DNA from: Candidatus Scatosoma sp.
GTDB taxonomy: Bacteria > Bacillota > Clostridia > Christensenellales > Borkfalkiaceae
Assembly (NCBI GenBank): GCA_045635845.1
Contig: JAZTWL010000206.1
Coordinates: 1 to 48,903, forward strand
DNA length: 48,903 bases
Direction of reading: 5' to 3'
Positions within the stretch are counted from its first letter, which is position 1, and each line of letters starts with the position of its first letter. The notes under the pieces are model-generated. The model was not told where the DNA came from. It did not search any database and worked only from the letters and a program-made list of their open reading frames with translations. Below are positions 16,195-26,064 of the stretch, piece after piece. Made by a program: the position numbers and the translations under genes.

Positions 16195-17913
16195 TTATTC
16201 CCTATGCGCGTTGGGTTTTACGAGTATGGTTTTGTAATCGGTGTACACCACAAAACCTGCCTTGCTCTTGTTCGGTTTTTTCACAAATTTGCGCTTGCAG
16301 TAGTCCACGGGGATCTTATCCGAATCCCGTCCATCCGAGTAGTACGCGCAAAGCTCGGCGGCGTATAAAATCAATTCATCGCATACCTGCCCCCCTTGTA
16401 CGTCGATAATTACGTGGGAAGAATGGTATTTTTGTGTGTGCAACCATATATCGTCGGGACCCGCCAAACGGAGCAATCGATCGTTTTGCAAGTTGTTTCG
16501 CCCAACGTAAATCGTCGCGCCCATGTAGCTATATTCACGGAAGGGGGTGATGATTTCTTTCTTCTTTGCGCCCGCTCTTTGGGGTGCGGCACGGAGCAAA
16601 CCAAGCGCAATCAATTCCGCTTCGATTTCCTTCAAATCTTCCATATTTTCCGAACGCACGATAGACGAAATCACGCTGTCGGTGTACTCGATTTCCGCCT
16701 GCTCTTTTTGGAGCATGGGCTCTAAAATTTCCTTCGCGCGCTTGTGCTTATTGTACGTCTTGAAATACCGTTGCGCGTTTTGCGAAGGGGTGAGCGTGGT
16801 ATCAAGCGAAATCTTGATTGTGCCGTAGTTTTCGTCGTACCAGTTTTCCAGCTCCACACTGCTCGCCCCCTTTTCCAAGCGATATAAATTCGCCGTCAAA
16901 AGCTCGCCTTTAACCTTCAAATCTTCCGCTTTTTCCGCGTCCTTCAAACGCTCGAGCGTATCTTGCAGTTTCTTCGTTTGTTTCTTCTTCAACGCGCGCG
17001 CCGTGTTTTCAAGTTTGCGCTTTTTATCGTCGAAACCCTTTTTATTCTCTCTCGACGAGAAAAACTCGTCCTCCGCCTTGCAAAGTGACGGCATTTCCAC
17101 ACCCCCGTCCACGGGGAATGCGAAAAAGTCCACCACGCCGTTTTGCGCATATTTCACGCAAGGCGCGTTCGGCTCATTCAAACAAAAATCGCCCACAAAT
17201 TCCCAAATCGGGCAAGCGGACGTGAGGCACGCCGCCACCGAGCCCGCCTTTGCCACCGCGCGCGAAACAATCTCTCTCGCCGTCGGCAACGCAAGCCCCG
17301 CAACGCTTTCGAAAAGAAAGAGCGAAAGCTCTTCGCAATCGGGTGCATTTTCCCGTGTGGAAAGGTAGTTTTCCAAGCGTGAACGCATACCTGCCCCGTC
17401 GAAAGGGGATAATTTGTCCTGCGGCTCGGGGTACAAATACTTCGCCCCCGAAAGCAAAACGCGACGGGAATTGTCTTCCAACGCGGACGTTTTTAACGCA
17501 CCCAAAATAATCCCTTTTTCCGTCAAAACGATGTTTGAATATTTCCCCATGAGCTCGCAATGCAAGGTGCGCTTTGCTTGCGAGAAGTCCGTCGTACAAT
17601 GCAAATCGATTTCGATAATACGCTCGAATTCCACCTGCCGAATTTCCAAAATCTCCGCACCGAGCAGGTGTTTTCGAAGCAGCATACAAAAATTCGGCGC
17701 AACGGGCGCGGGCTCTTTTTCAAAAAGCGACAAACAAACGCGTGCATTTGACGCATTTGTGCTTAAAATGAGTTTAACAGTCGTCTTTCCGGTGTATATA
17801 ATAAAGGTAAGCTCGTCTTTATTGACCTGCGAAATGCGGTTTATTTTCCCACCGACCAAAAAATTATTCAATTCTTGCGCCAAGCGGCGAATGTGAAACG
17901 CGTCCTGCGGCAT
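16195..17913 (-). CDS. rqcH: ribosome quality-control factor RqcH (NFACT / FbpA family)
   Basis: 572 aa. NFACT-N MPQDAFHIRRLAQELNN...GGKINRISQ, a coiled-coil middle region, and a C-terminal NFACT-R/DUF814 (IYVGRNNLQNDRL...WLHTQKYHSSHVII). Confidence 0.85.
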   Translation of the reverse strand: MPQDAFHIRRLAQELNNFLVGGKINRISQVNKDELTFIIYTGKTTVKLILSTNASNARVCLSLFEKEPAPVAPNFCMLLRKHLLGAEILEIRQVEFERIIEIDLHCTTDFSQAKRTLHCELMGKYSNIVLTEKGIILGALKTSALEDNSRRVLLSGAKYLYPEPQDKLSPFDGAGMRSRLENYLSTRENAPDCEELSLFLFESVAGLALPTAREIVSRAVAKAGSVAACLTSACPIWEFVGDFCLNEPNAPCVKYAQNGVVDFFAFPVDGGVEMPSLCKAEDEFFSSRENKKGFDDKKRKLENTARALKKKQTKKLQDTLERLKDAEKAEDLKVKGELLTANLYRLEKGASSVELENWYDENYGTIKISLDTTLTPSQNAQRYFKTYNKHKRAKEILEPMLQKEQAEIEYTDSVISSIVRSENMEDLKEIEAELIALGLLRAAPQRAGAKKKEIITPFREYSYMGATIYVGRNNLQNDRLLRLAGPDDIWLHTQKYHSSHVIIDVQGGQVCDELILYAAELCAYYSDGRDSDKIPVDYCKRKFVKKPNKSKAGFVVYTDYKTILVKPNAHRE

Positions 17914-18070
17914 ACAAACTTTCCTTTTTGGGTGTTTTTATTCTTTAATTATACCCGAAAAAATGCAAAATGTAAATAAAAACGCTTTATTTTCTTGAAT
18001 AAATGTGGTAAAATATAAGGCGTGCAAAAAATAAAAGAAAAATCAACACGATTTTAGGAGAATACAAACT

Positions 18071-19369
18071 ATGAAGTACACCACCAAAGCAGCAGAAAAA
18101 AGCACGGTAAAAATCACCATCAAGTATGATGCTGAAGATTGGAAGAACGCACAACAAAAAGCGTACCTTAAGCTTCGCGGCAAGTTCGCGGTAAACGGTT
18201 TCCGTAAGGGCAAAGCACCCAAGCACGTAATCGAAAACGCATACGGTAAAGGCGTTTTCTTTGACGAAGCATTGAACGATATGTTCTCGCAAAGCTACGG
18301 CACGATCCTTGCAAAGGAAGAAAAGAAATTTGTCGTTGTTGGCGATCCCAGCGTAACCGTTGAAAAGCTCGAAGACGAAGGCGTAACGCTCGTTGCAATC
18401 GTTCCCGTGAAGCCCGAGGTAAAAATTTCCAGCTATACGGGTATGAAAATCCAACAATTCGCGTATACTGTTAAGGACGAAGACGTTGCTGCGGAACTCG
18501 CAAGAGTACAAGATAGAAACGCTCGCAAGGTAGAAGTGACCGATAGAGCAGCGCAAAATGGCGACATCGTAAATATCGATTTCGTTGGTACGGTTGACGG
18601 CGTTAAGTTCGACGGCGGCGAAGCAGAAGGTTTCGACCTTACGCTCGGCAGCGGTCAATTCATCCCCGGCTTTGAAGATCAAGTAGTTGGTATGAACATC
18701 GGCGAAACGAAGGACGTAAACGTTACCTTCCCCGAAAACTACCAAGCTGAAAACTTGAAGGGTAAAGCAGCTGTATTCGCAGTGAAGCTTAACGGCATTC
18801 AAGGCAAGGAACTTCCCGAGCTCACCGATGAATTCATCAAGGACGCAACGGGTAGCGAAACGGTTGAAGAATACAAGGCAAAAGCAAGAGAAAGATTGCA
18901 AGCGCAAGCAGACCGCAGAGCAAACGATCAAACGGAAAATAGCATCCTTGACGCAATCGCGGCAAATGCAGAAGTAGAAATTCCCCAAGCAATGATCGAA
19001 AGAGAAATCGACGGTCTTGTTCAAAAGTTCGAATATCAACTTATGTACCAAGGCTTGAAGCTTCAAGACTACCTTGACTTCTTGAAGGTTACGGTTGCTG
19101 ATTTTAGAAAGAACTACGAAGATCAAGCGAAGAAGAACGTTTTGAACCAACTCATCATTTCGCAACTTATCAAGGACGAAAAGTTGGAAGCAACGGAAGA
19201 AGAAGTGGACGCGAAGGTTGCTGAACAAGCTGCTTCCGTAAACAAATCCGCGGAAGAATACAAGAAGAACATGGATCCCCGTCAATTCGACTATATCCGT
19301 AGCGATATCGTAATCACGAAGCTCTTCAACTTCTTGAAGGCAAACAACGAAATGTACGTAGAAGCGTAA
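18071..19369 (+). CDS. tig: trigger factor
   Basis: 432 aa. GFRKGKAP ribosome-binding loop and an FKBP PPIase domain (DFVGTVDGVKFDGG). Confidence 0.97.
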   Translation: MKYTTKAAEKSTVKITIKYDAEDWKNAQQKAYLKLRGKFAVNGFRKGKAPKHVIENAYGKGVFFDEALNDMFSQSYGTILAKEEKKFVVVGDPSVTVEKLEDEGVTLVAIVPVKPEVKISSYTGMKIQQFAYTVKDEDVAAELARVQDRNARKVEVTDRAAQNGDIVNIDFVGTVDGVKFDGGEAEGFDLTLGSGQFIPGFEDQVVGMNIGETKDVNVTFPENYQAENLKGKAAVFAVKLNGIQGKELPELTDEFIKDATGSETVEEYKAKARERLQAQADRRANDQTENSILDAIAANAEVEIPQAMIEREIDGLVQKFEYQLMYQGLKLQDYLDFLKVTVADFRKNYEDQAKKNVLNQLIISQLIKDEKLEATEEEVDAKVAEQAASVNKSAEEYKKNMDPRQFDYIRSDIVITKLFNFLKANNEMYVEA

Positions 19370-19390
19370 GCTTTCTCAACGAAAAAAATC

Positions 19391-19413
19391 GGGGCGATCC
19401 TTCGGGGTCGCCC
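19391..19413 (+). terminator. GC-rich UUCG hairpin after tig (weak T-run)
   Basis: GGGGCGATCC-TTCG-GGGTCGCCC. Confidence 0.45.
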
Positions 19414-19533
19414 TATCTAATCAAAACCGTTTTAACAAAGATTTTTGGGAAAAACCCTTTCAATGTCCAAAAAACGGTACTCAAAGTATAGTATACTATA
19501 AGCAAGTAGAAAAACTTGTAAGAGGTATTAAAA

Positions 19534-20124
19534 ATGGAAAAGAACGTATTAATTCCCTATGTAGTAGAACGCACGAGCTCGGGCGAACGTACTTATGATT
19601 TGTACTCTCGCATGCTCGACGATAGAATCATTTTCCTTTCGGGTGAAATCAACGACGCAATGGCAAACGCCATCGTTGCGCAGCTCATCTATTTGGAAGG
19701 CAAGGATTCCACGAAGGATATTAGCTTGTACATCAATTCCCCCGGCGGTAGCGTTTCGGCGGGTATGGCTATTTACGACACGATGAACTATATCAAGTGC
19801 GACGTTTCGACGATTTGTATCGGTATGGCGGCATCCATGGGCGCATTCTTGCTTTCGAGTGGCGCGAAGGGCAAACGCTACGCCCTTCCGAATTCGGAAA
19901 TCATGATTCACCAACCCCTTGGCGGCGCACAAGGTCAAGCGAGCGACATTAAAATCCAAGCGGAACATATTCTTCGCACGAAAGCGAAGCTCAATCGTAT
20001 CCTTGCCGAAAATACGGGCAGAGATATCGCTACGATTGAAAGGGATACCGATCGCGATAATTATATGTCCGCCGATGAAGCGAAAAGCTACGGCTTGATC
20101 GATAGCGTTTTCGTAAAGAGATAA
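19534..20124 (+). CDS. clpP: ATP-dependent Clp protease proteolytic subunit
   Basis: 196 aa. Catalytic context [11 protein letters not shown] and IMIHQPLGG. Confidence 0.98.
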   Translation: MEKNVLIPYVVERTSSGERTYDLYSRMLDDRIIFLSGEINDAMANAIVAQLIYLEGKDSTKDISLYINSPGGSVSAGMAIYDTMNYIKCDVSTICIGMAASMGAFLLSSGAKGKRYALPNSEIMIHQPLGGAQGQASDIKIQAEHILRTKAKLNRILAENTGRDIATIERDTDRDNYMSADEAKSYGLIDSVFVKR

Positions 20125-20138
20125 TCCCCGATTTTTCC

Positions 20139-20166
20139 AAAATGAAGGGGGCAGGTACGCGTTGAA
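20139..20166 (+). repeat. dispersed 28-nt repeat, copy G (type 2), between clpP and clpX
   Basis: AAAATGAAGGGGGCAGGTACGCGTTGAA. Confidence 0.8.
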
Positions 20167-20238
20167 ACCCCTTTGCACACTTTTTTGTGCGCGCGCGTAT
20201 CTTAATGGAAGAAGAAAAAATTTGGAGTGTAAGTACAC

Positions 20239-21474
20239 ATGGCAAATAAAAATCAAAGCTGTTCGTTCTGCGGTAAACCCAAGGAAGAAACGCGCCGTTT
20301 GATCACCGGTCCGGACGGGGCTTGCATTTGCGACGAGTGCGTAGAAATCTGCAAGTCCATGGTGGACGAATGGGAAAAGGAAAAAGCGCCTAAAGAGCAA
20401 GTTCCTTTGAAGAAACCCGCGGAAATCAAAGCGGAATTAGATAAATATATCGTCGGTCAAGATAAGGCGAAGCGCGTCTTGTCCGTTGCCGTTTACAACC
20501 ACTATAAGCGTATCAACGCGACGGTGGATAAGCGCGCAGACGACGAAGTGGAAATTGAAAAGAGCAATGTGCTCTTGCTCGGCCCGACGGGTAGCGGCAA
20601 AACCTTGCTTGCAAGAACGCTTGCAAAAATTCTCAACGTGCCCTTTGCTACGGCGGACGCAACGACGCTCACGGAAGCGGGCTACGTTGGCGAAGACGTT
20701 GAAAACATCCTTTTGAAGCTCATTCAAAACGCCGATTTTGATATCGAACGCGCACAACGCGGCATTATCTATATCGACGAAATCGATAAGATCGCGAGAA
20801 AGAGCGAGAACGTTTCGATCACCCGCGACGTTTCGGGTGAAGGTGTGCAGCAAGCACTTTTGAAGATCATCGAAAGCACGACGGCAAGCGTACCCCCGCA
20901 AGGCGGTAGAAAACACCCCAACCAAGAATGTTTGCGCATTGATACGACCAACATTTTGTTCATTTGCGGCGGTGCATTCGTGGGCTTGGATCGCATCGTT
21001 TCTTCGAGAAAGGACGATACGACGCTCGGCTTCGGTGGTAAGGTAAGACTTGGCGAACACGAAGCGGATTACACCGTTTTGGACGACGTAAAACCCCAAG
21101 ACTTGACGAAATTCGGCTTAATTCCCGAATTCGTTGGCCGTATTCCCATTGTTGTAAGCTTGGAACAACTCGACGAAACGGCACTCGTGAAGATTATGAC
21201 CGAGCCGAAGAATGCAATCATTAAGCAATACCAAAAACTCGTTGGTTTCGACGGCGTAAAACTTACGGTAGAAGACGATGCCGTACGCGAAATCGCGCAA
21301 ACGGCAATCCGTTTGAAGACGGGCGCGCGCGGACTTCGTACGATTATCGAAAACGTGATGACGGAAGTAATGTACCGCATTCCCTCCGAAGACAACGTAG
21401 AAGAAGTGGTTGTGACGAAGGAATGCTTGACGGACGGCGCAACGCCCAAGCTTATCTATAAACAAACGGCATAA
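20239..21474 (+). CDS. clpX: ATP-dependent Clp protease ATP-binding subunit ClpX
   Basis: 411 aa. Zinc-binding CSFCGK...CDEC, Walker A GPTGSGKT, and pore loop GYVGEDV. Confidence 0.98.
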   Translation: MANKNQSCSFCGKPKEETRRLITGPDGACICDECVEICKSMVDEWEKEKAPKEQVPLKKPAEIKAELDKYIVGQDKAKRVLSVAVYNHYKRINATVDKRADDEVEIEKSNVLLLGPTGSGKTLLARTLAKILNVPFATADATTLTEAGYVGEDVENILLKLIQNADFDIERAQRGIIYIDEIDKIARKSENVSITRDVSGEGVQQALLKIIESTTASVPPQGGRKHPNQECLRIDTTNILFICGGAFVGLDRIVSSRKDDTTLGFGGKVRLGEHEADYTVLDDVKPQDLTKFGLIPEFVGRIPIVVSLEQLDETALVKIMTEPKNAIIKQYQKLVGFDGVKLTVEDDAVREIAQTAIRLKTGARGLRTIIENVMTEVMYRIPSEDNVEEVVVTKECLTDGATPKLIYKQTA

Positions 21475-21494
21475 AATAAAAGAGCAATAGAAAA

Positions 21495-21521
21495 GCGGAC
21501 GGCTTTGCCGTCCGCTTTTTT
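21495..21521 (+). terminator. rho-independent terminator of clpX
   Basis: GCGGACGGC-TTT-GCCGTCCGC followed by T6. Confidence 0.9.
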
Positions 21522-21524
21522 GTA

Positions 21525-21552
21525 TTCATCTCGTACACGGGTGGGTTATTTT
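21525..21552 (-). repeat. dispersed 28-nt repeat, copy H (divergent), overlapping the stop codon of the EamA gene
   Basis: Top strand TTCATCTCGTACACGGGTGGGTTATTTT. Confidence 0.6.
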
Positions 21553-22505
21553 TTATTTTTGCGCTTATAAAGCCACCATTTTAATATCGCCGCCGTAAGA
21601 ATAATCGCGTAGCCGAGCACACTCCAAGCGGTAGGGTATTCCGAGAATAAAATCATGCCCCACACCGCCGCGAAGAGCACTTGTGAATAGTCAAATACCG
21701 ACAATTCCTTTGCGGGCGCGTATTTGTACGCCGCCGTCAACGAGAATTGTGCTCCGCTTGCCGCACACCCCGCAAGGAGCAACCAACCCACCTGCGCCAT
21801 TTTCATAGGCGCGTGGTCGGCAATCACAAACGGAATCACTGCCACACAAGAAAAAAGCGAGAAAAAGAACACGATCATTTCCGCGCGTTCCCCTTGATTA
21901 CGAAGCTGTCGCACAAATGCGTACGCAAGCCCCGCGCCAAGCGCACCCAAAAGCCCGATTGCGGGCGGCAAAAGTTCCGCATAGTCCAACGTCGGACGGG
22001 AAACGAACAAAACGCCCACAAAAGCAAGCCCCACAAGCAACCAATCCACGAGTGTTGCCCTTTCCTTAATAATAAAGATTGAAAAAATCACCGTGAAGAA
22101 GGGGGAAAGCTTATTAAACATGGACGCATCCGAAATGGGCATGTGATCGATCGCATAGAAATTGCACACAATCCCCACCGTACCTGCCGCCGAGCGTAAA
22201 AGCAGGGGAACGAAGCTCCCTTTCTGTATTTTGAAAGAGCGACTCTTGACAAGCATGATAAACCCTGCAAGCGCCGCCACCGAATTTCTAAAAAGTGCCT
22301 TTTGGAAGGTGGGTAATTTCCCCGCATAACGCACGAATACGCTCATAAGTGAAAAGAAGAACGCCGAAAGGACGATAAGAAAGGCGCCAAAAAAGAGCGA
22401 GCTGTGCCCGTTTACGCCGTCGTTTTTCTCATTCAACGCGTACATGGTAGCCCCATTTTTAATTTTTTCTATATTTTTATCCTTTTTCACGTTTCGATCT
22501 TCCAT
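21546..22505 (-). CDS. EamA/DMT-family transporter
   Basis: Ten predicted TM segments and duplicated EamA halves. The start is uncertain: ATG 22505 has no SD. The alternative ATG at 22445 lies inside repeat copy I, with GGGG 5 nt upstream. Confidence 0.8.
   Translation of the reverse strand: MEDRNVKKDKNIEKIKNGATMYALNEKNDGVNGHSSLFFGAFLIVLSAFFFSLMSVFVRYAGKLPTFQKALFRNSVAALAGFIMLVKSRSFKIQKGSFVPLLLRSAAGTVGIVCNFYAIDHMPISDASMFNKLSPFFTVIFSIFIIKERATLVDWLLVGLAFVGVLFVSRPTLDYAELLPPAIGLLGALGAGLAYAFVRQLRNQGERAEMIVFFFSLFSCVAVIPFVIADHAPMKMAQVGWLLLAGCAASGAQFSLTAAYKYAPAKELSVFDYSQVLFAAVWGMILFSEYPTAWSVLGYAIILTAAILKWWLYKRKNKK
22432..22460 (-). repeat. dispersed 29-nt repeat, copy I (consensus), in the annotated 5' end of the EamA ORF
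   Basis: Top strand TTCAACGCGTACATGGTAGCCCCATTTTT, translated as KNGATMYALNE. Confidence 0.9.
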
Positions 22506-22599
22506 AATAATAGTATATGCGATTTATCAAATATCTGTCGCCGAGAAAAATAAAACCCGACGCATAAAGAGTCGGGTTTGGTCAAGTCTATATTAAGAC

Positions 22600-22875
22600 T
22601 TACGCGTTGGGATAAACGCTAGCTTTCGTTTTGTCTTTGCCCATTCTTTCGTACCGAACGATACCGTCAACGAGTGCGAACAAGGTGTCGTCTTTACCGA
22701 TGCCTACGTTCGTACCGGGATGGATCTTCGTACCTCTTTGGCGGACGAGAATGTTGCCTGCAAGAACTGCTTGACCGTCGCTACGCTTCGTGCCAAGACG
22801 TTTTGCTTCACTATCTCTACCGTTGTGAGAAGAACCGGTACCTTTTTTATGAGCGAATAAACTGATAAAAATCAT
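22600..22875 (-). CDS. rpmA: 50S ribosomal protein L27 with an N-terminal propeptide
   Basis: [37 protein letters not shown]. Confidence 0.96.
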   Translation of the reverse strand: MIFISLFAHKKGTGSSHNGRDSEAKRLGTKRSDGQAVLAGNILVRQRGTKIHPGTNVGIGKDDTLFALVDGIVRYERMGKDKTKASVYPNA

Positions 22876-22927
22876 CTTTATTTCTCCTTAAAATCAAAAT
22901 TTGGTTGTGCTTTTTCAAGCGGTGCGA

Positions 22928-23233
22928 TTAAAGTTCGATCTTTTCAACTTTAACTGCGGTGAAGGGTTGTCTGTGACCCTGCTTCTTACGTTCGTTCTTC
23001 TTTGCTTTGTACTTGAAGACAATGATCTTCTTCGCCTTATCTTGCTTAACGACCGTAGCGGTAACTTTTGCGGATTCAACTTCCGCGCCCGTTTTGATAC
23101 CGTTCTCGTCGGCTACCATAAGCACTTTGAAAGAAACGGTTTCGCCTTCCGCTGCTGCGAGCTTTTCCACTCTTACAACGTCGCCTTCCCCAACTTTATA
23201 TTGCTTATTGCCGTTATCGATGATAGCGTACAT
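22928..23233 (-). CDS. rplU: 50S ribosomal protein L21
   Basis: [20 protein letters not shown]... with an AGAGGAGG RBS. The track ORF start at 23275 is an upstream extension. Confidence 0.96.
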   Translation of the reverse strand: MYAIIDNGNKQYKVGEGDVVRVEKLAAAEGETVSFKVLMVADENGIKTGAEVESAKVTATVVKQDKAKKIIVFKYKAKKNERKKQGHRQPFTAVKVEKIEL

Positions 23234-23367
23234 AAAAAGTTTTACCTCCTCTTTCCAGTCTCGAAGAATATCCAAGGCGCAGCTTTTTCCGAAAAAATTG
23301 CTGACTTAAAAAGCCCGTTTCTATCGGCTCGACTAACACTATACCACATTTTTTTCTTTTTCGTCAA
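23234..23367 (-). promoter_or_regulatory. rplU promoter (TTGACG-18-TATAGT) plus leader with an attenuator-like hairpin; possible L21-leader type element
   Basis: Reverse strand has TTGACG (23362-23367) and TGG-TATAGT (23338-23343), then GAGCCGATAGAAACGGGCTTTTT. Ribosomal-protein leaders upstream of rplU are known in Firmicutes. I cannot verify a covariance-model match. Confidence 0.35.
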
Positions 23368-23467
23368 GCATTTTTGCTATATTTTGCGTATTTTTTTACT
23401 TTTTGCGTATGTTTTTGCAACTACCTTCGCAAACTGTTTCCAAATACGAAAAAAGGAGTGAACGATT

Positions 23468-23914
23468 ATGCAAAAAACCGACCGTAAAAAAGACGAAGAA
23501 GTGCTTGCCGAAATCTACCGCAACGCACAGCTTGCCTTGCAGTCTATCTCGAATATTTTGCCGCAAGTGGAAGATAAAGGGGCGCGCGCAGAGCTTTTAT
23601 CGCAGCACGAAGAATATGAAAAACTTTCTTCCAAAGCCACACAGCTTTCCAAGGATTTGGGCATAGAATTAAAAGAACCCAACCCCTTCAAAAAAATGAT
23701 GATGTGGGGCTCGATTAAGATGAGCTCGCTCACGGATAATTCCCGTTCCCATATCGCGGAAATGATGGTGCAAGGCACGGTGATGGGGATCACCGCGTTA
23801 AAGACTTCTTATCGGGACATGCCCGAAAATGCAAACCATGAAATCCGCACCCTTTGCGAAGAAATGATTCGCTTGGAAGAAGGGTTCGAAGAAACGTGGA
23901 AATCCTATTTATAA
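23468..23914 (+). CDS. hypothetical helical protein (148 aa)
   Basis: Clean ORF with an AAAGGAG RBS and predicted all-alpha composition. No family recognised. Confidence 0.55.
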   Translation: MQKTDRKKDEEVLAEIYRNAQLALQSISNILPQVEDKGARAELLSQHEEYEKLSSKATQLSKDLGIELKEPNPFKKMMMWGSIKMSSLTDNSRSHIAEMMVQGTVMGITALKTSYRDMPENANHEIRTLCEEMIRLEEGFEETWKSYL

Positions 23915-23937
23915 TCTTTTTATCGTTGTTTCCTAAA

Positions 23938-23965
23938 AGCCACCGCTTTTTGCGGCGGCTTTTTC
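23938..23965 (+). terminator. terminator (one mismatch in the stem)
   Basis: AGCCACCGC-TTTTT-GCGGCGGCT followed by TTTTTCTATTT. Confidence 0.65.
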
Positions 23966-23968
23966 TAT

Positions 23969-23996
23969 TTCATCGCGTACACGCCCCCTTCATTTT
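23969..23996 (-). repeat. dispersed 28-nt repeat, copy J (type 2), intergenic
   Basis: Top strand TTCATCGCGTACACGCCCCCTTCATTTT, directly after the terminator. Confidence 0.75.
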
Positions 23997-24102
23997 GAAA
24001 AAATACTTACAAAAAATTCTTTTCAAAACTTTCCGTTTGCCCCTTTACTTTTTTTAGAAAATATGCTATAATATATCGTGAGAGAAAAGGGACGGATTTT
24101 TT

Positions 24103-25074
24103 ATGCAAACGCTTTTAAGAAAAACAAACGCGTATAAGCTCTTGGAACGGGAAACGCGGGAAAATAAAAATTCCCACGCGTACCTGCTTCTTTTCGACGA
24201 CGCGCGCAATTTGAGAGAGACGTTAAAGTATTTTGCGAAAGTCCTTTTTTCCTGCCAAAACGAAGAAACGGACGAAGAAAAACGCTTTTCCCGTTTGATT
24301 GATTCGGAGAGCTTTTCCGATTGTCTTTTCTTCCCCGAAACGGGCAAAAAACTTGCCGTAGAAGACGCCGATTCGATTAAGGAAGAATGTCTTTTACGCC
24401 CCGTAGAAGGTAAGAGAAAGCTCATTGTGGTAAGTGGTTTTGAAACGGCAAACCCGCCCACGCAAAATAAACTTTTGAAGCTCTTGGAAGAGCCACCCGA
24501 AGGGGTTGTGTTCTTGCTTGGCGCGATCAATTCGTTCAATATTCTCACCACCGTCCTTTCCCGCACGAAAAAATTAGAAATTCTTTCCTTTGACCCGAAG
24601 GACATTGAAGAATGTTTGGAAAGAATGTACCCGAATAAGTACGATAAAGACGCCCTTTCCCTTTGCGCGGCGGCATCCAACGGTTCGCTTGGCGGCGCGC
24701 AAAATATTCTCGAAGGGGGGTATTTTAAGTCCCTTTTAGAAAACGCTTTTTCGCTCGCGCTTTCCACTCGTCACACTTTGCCGATCGCCGTAAAAGCGGT
24801 TGGGGAAACCAAGCACGCAAAGGAACTTTTTTCCTTGCTCCGTTTGATTTATCGGGATGCGCTCGTTTTGAAAACGCAAGGCGCGAAAGGCAAACACCGC
24901 TTACTCTTAAAGAGAAGCGACGTTTCGTCTGTAGCGGAAAAGTATTCCGAACGCGCGTTGATTTTTGCGCAAGAATGTATTTCGAAAGCGGAAATGGAAT
25001 TGACGTTCAACGCGAACCTGCCCCAATGCTTGGAGCTTTGTATCGCAAAAATTTTGAGAGAAAATAAAGAATAA
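24103..25074 (+). CDS. holB: DNA polymerase III subunit delta'
   Basis: 323 aa. HAYLLLF, NKLLKLLEEPPEGVVFLL, LSRTKKL. Confidence 0.85.
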   Translation: MQTLLRKTNAYKLLERETRENKNSHAYLLLFDDARNLRETLKYFAKVLFSCQNEETDEEKRFSRLIDSESFSDCLFFPETGKKLAVEDADSIKEECLLRPVEGKRKLIVVSGFETANPPTQNKLLKLLEEPPEGVVFLLGAINSFNILTTVLSRTKKLEILSFDPKDIEECLERMYPNKYDKDALSLCAAASNGSLGGAQNILEGGYFKSLLENAFSLALSTRHTLPIAVKAVGETKHAKELFSLLRLIYRDALVLKTQGAKGKHRLLLKRSDVSSVAEKYSERALIFAQECISKAEMELTFNANLPQCLELCIAKILRENKE

Positions 25075-25111
25075 GGCTTGCCGATTTTTCAGCACGTCAT
25101 AAGGATAAATT

Positions 25112-25975
25112 ATGGTAAAAGTAGTAGGAATAAAATTCAAAAACGGCGGAAAACTTTATTATTTTTCGCCCAAAGCAGGGGATAAATACGAACGAAATAT
25201 GCCCGTCGTCGTAGAAACTTCCCGCGGCCTTGAATACGCGTGGGTGGCATACCCCGAAAAGGACGTGGAAGACGACGAAGTGGTGCAACCCTTGAAACCC
25301 GTCATTCGTATCGCAACCCAAAAAGACACCGATTTTTACAACGCTTGCGAAGCAAAAAGACCGCAAGCCATGCAAACTTGCCGTGAAAAGATTATCAAGC
25401 ACGGCTTGGAAATGAAGCTCGTGGATTGCGAATACGCCTTCGACGGCAGTAAAATCACTTTCTTCTTCACGTCGGCAAGCCGCGTGGATTTTAGAGAACT
25501 CGTAAAAGATTTGGCAACTACCTTCCACAACCGTATCGAGCTTCGTCAAGTGGGTACGCGCGACGAAACGAAATACCTTGGCGGTCTTGCTCCTTGCGGC
25601 AGAGTGTGCTGCTGCGCAGGCAATATGCCCGAATTCAAAAAGGTGAGCGTAAAAATGGCAAAAACGCAAGGTCTTTCCTTGAATCCCGGAAAAATTAGCG
25701 GGCTTTGCGGCCGCTTGATGTGCTGTTTGAGCTACGAAAACGATTACTACGCAGACGTGAGCAAGAAAATGCCAAAGGTGGGCGCGGAAGTAAGCACGCT
25801 TGAAGGCAAGGGAATCGTTGCGTCGGTGAATATGCTCAAGCTTTTAGTGAAAGTGAAATTCGACGATAAAAACGGCGGTTGGATCTACAAAGATTACCGC
25901 TTGGAAGACGTTCGTTTTAAGAAAAATACTCAACCTGAAAAGGACGATCAAAACGACGATTCCGACGTACTTTAA
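25112..25975 (+). CDS. ricT: PSP1-domain protein RicT/YaaT (stage 0 sporulation / RNA-processing complex subunit)
   Basis: 287 aa. PSP1 core with the CGRVCCC...GLCGRLMCCLSYE cysteine motifs. The holB-yaaT order matches Bacillus. Confidence 0.9.
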   Translation: MVKVVGIKFKNGGKLYYFSPKAGDKYERNMPVVVETSRGLEYAWVAYPEKDVEDDEVVQPLKPVIRIATQKDTDFYNACEAKRPQAMQTCREKIIKHGLEMKLVDCEYAFDGSKITFFFTSASRVDFRELVKDLATTFHNRIELRQVGTRDETKYLGGLAPCGRVCCCAGNMPEFKKVSVKMAKTQGLSLNPGKISGLCGRLMCCLSYENDYYADVSKKMPKVGAEVSTLEGKGIVASVNMLKLLVKVKFDDKNGGWIYKDYRLEDVRFKKNTQPEKDDQNDDSDVL

Positions 25976-25997
25976 TAGAAACTTTCGTAAAAAAAGA

Positions 25998-26031
25998 AAC
26001 GGCTTACAAAAAAATTTGTAAGCCGTTTTTT
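25998..26031 (+). terminator. rho-independent terminator of ricT
   Basis: AACGGCTTACAAA-AAAA-TTTGTAAGCCGTT followed by a T-run. Confidence 0.85.
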
Positions 26032-26034
26032 GTA

Positions 26035-26064
26035 TTCAATTCGTACACGGTACGCCCATTTTTT
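26035..26064 (-). repeat. dispersed repeat, copy K (type 1 variant), abutting the rsmG stop codon
   Basis: Top strand TTCAATTCGTACACGGTACGCCCATTTTTT. Confidence 0.7.

Noticed and set aside
17987-19285. 432-aa minus-strand ORF. Similar long antisense ORFs occur at 19549-20400, 27858-29171, 39654-40661 and 44689-45849.
   Set aside because: Each mirrors a strongly supported gene on the other strand (tig, clpP, dnaN, trmN6-like/rsmI, the large secreted protein) and shows shadow-ORF composition. These are artefacts of the stop-poor antisense frame.
24173-24184. 12-13-nt exact matches to parts of the repeat or of the 76-bp unit inside holB (ACGCGTACCTGC), yidC (TCGTACACGGTA at ~30724; GCGTACCAAACGA at ~31004), and similar short hits in rsmI, ricT and lon
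   Set aside because: They lack the flanking conserved ends and fall in conserved protein motifs (for example HAYLL in holB). The genome is visibly rich in CGTAC/ACG words, so chance matches are plausible. They are not counted as copies.
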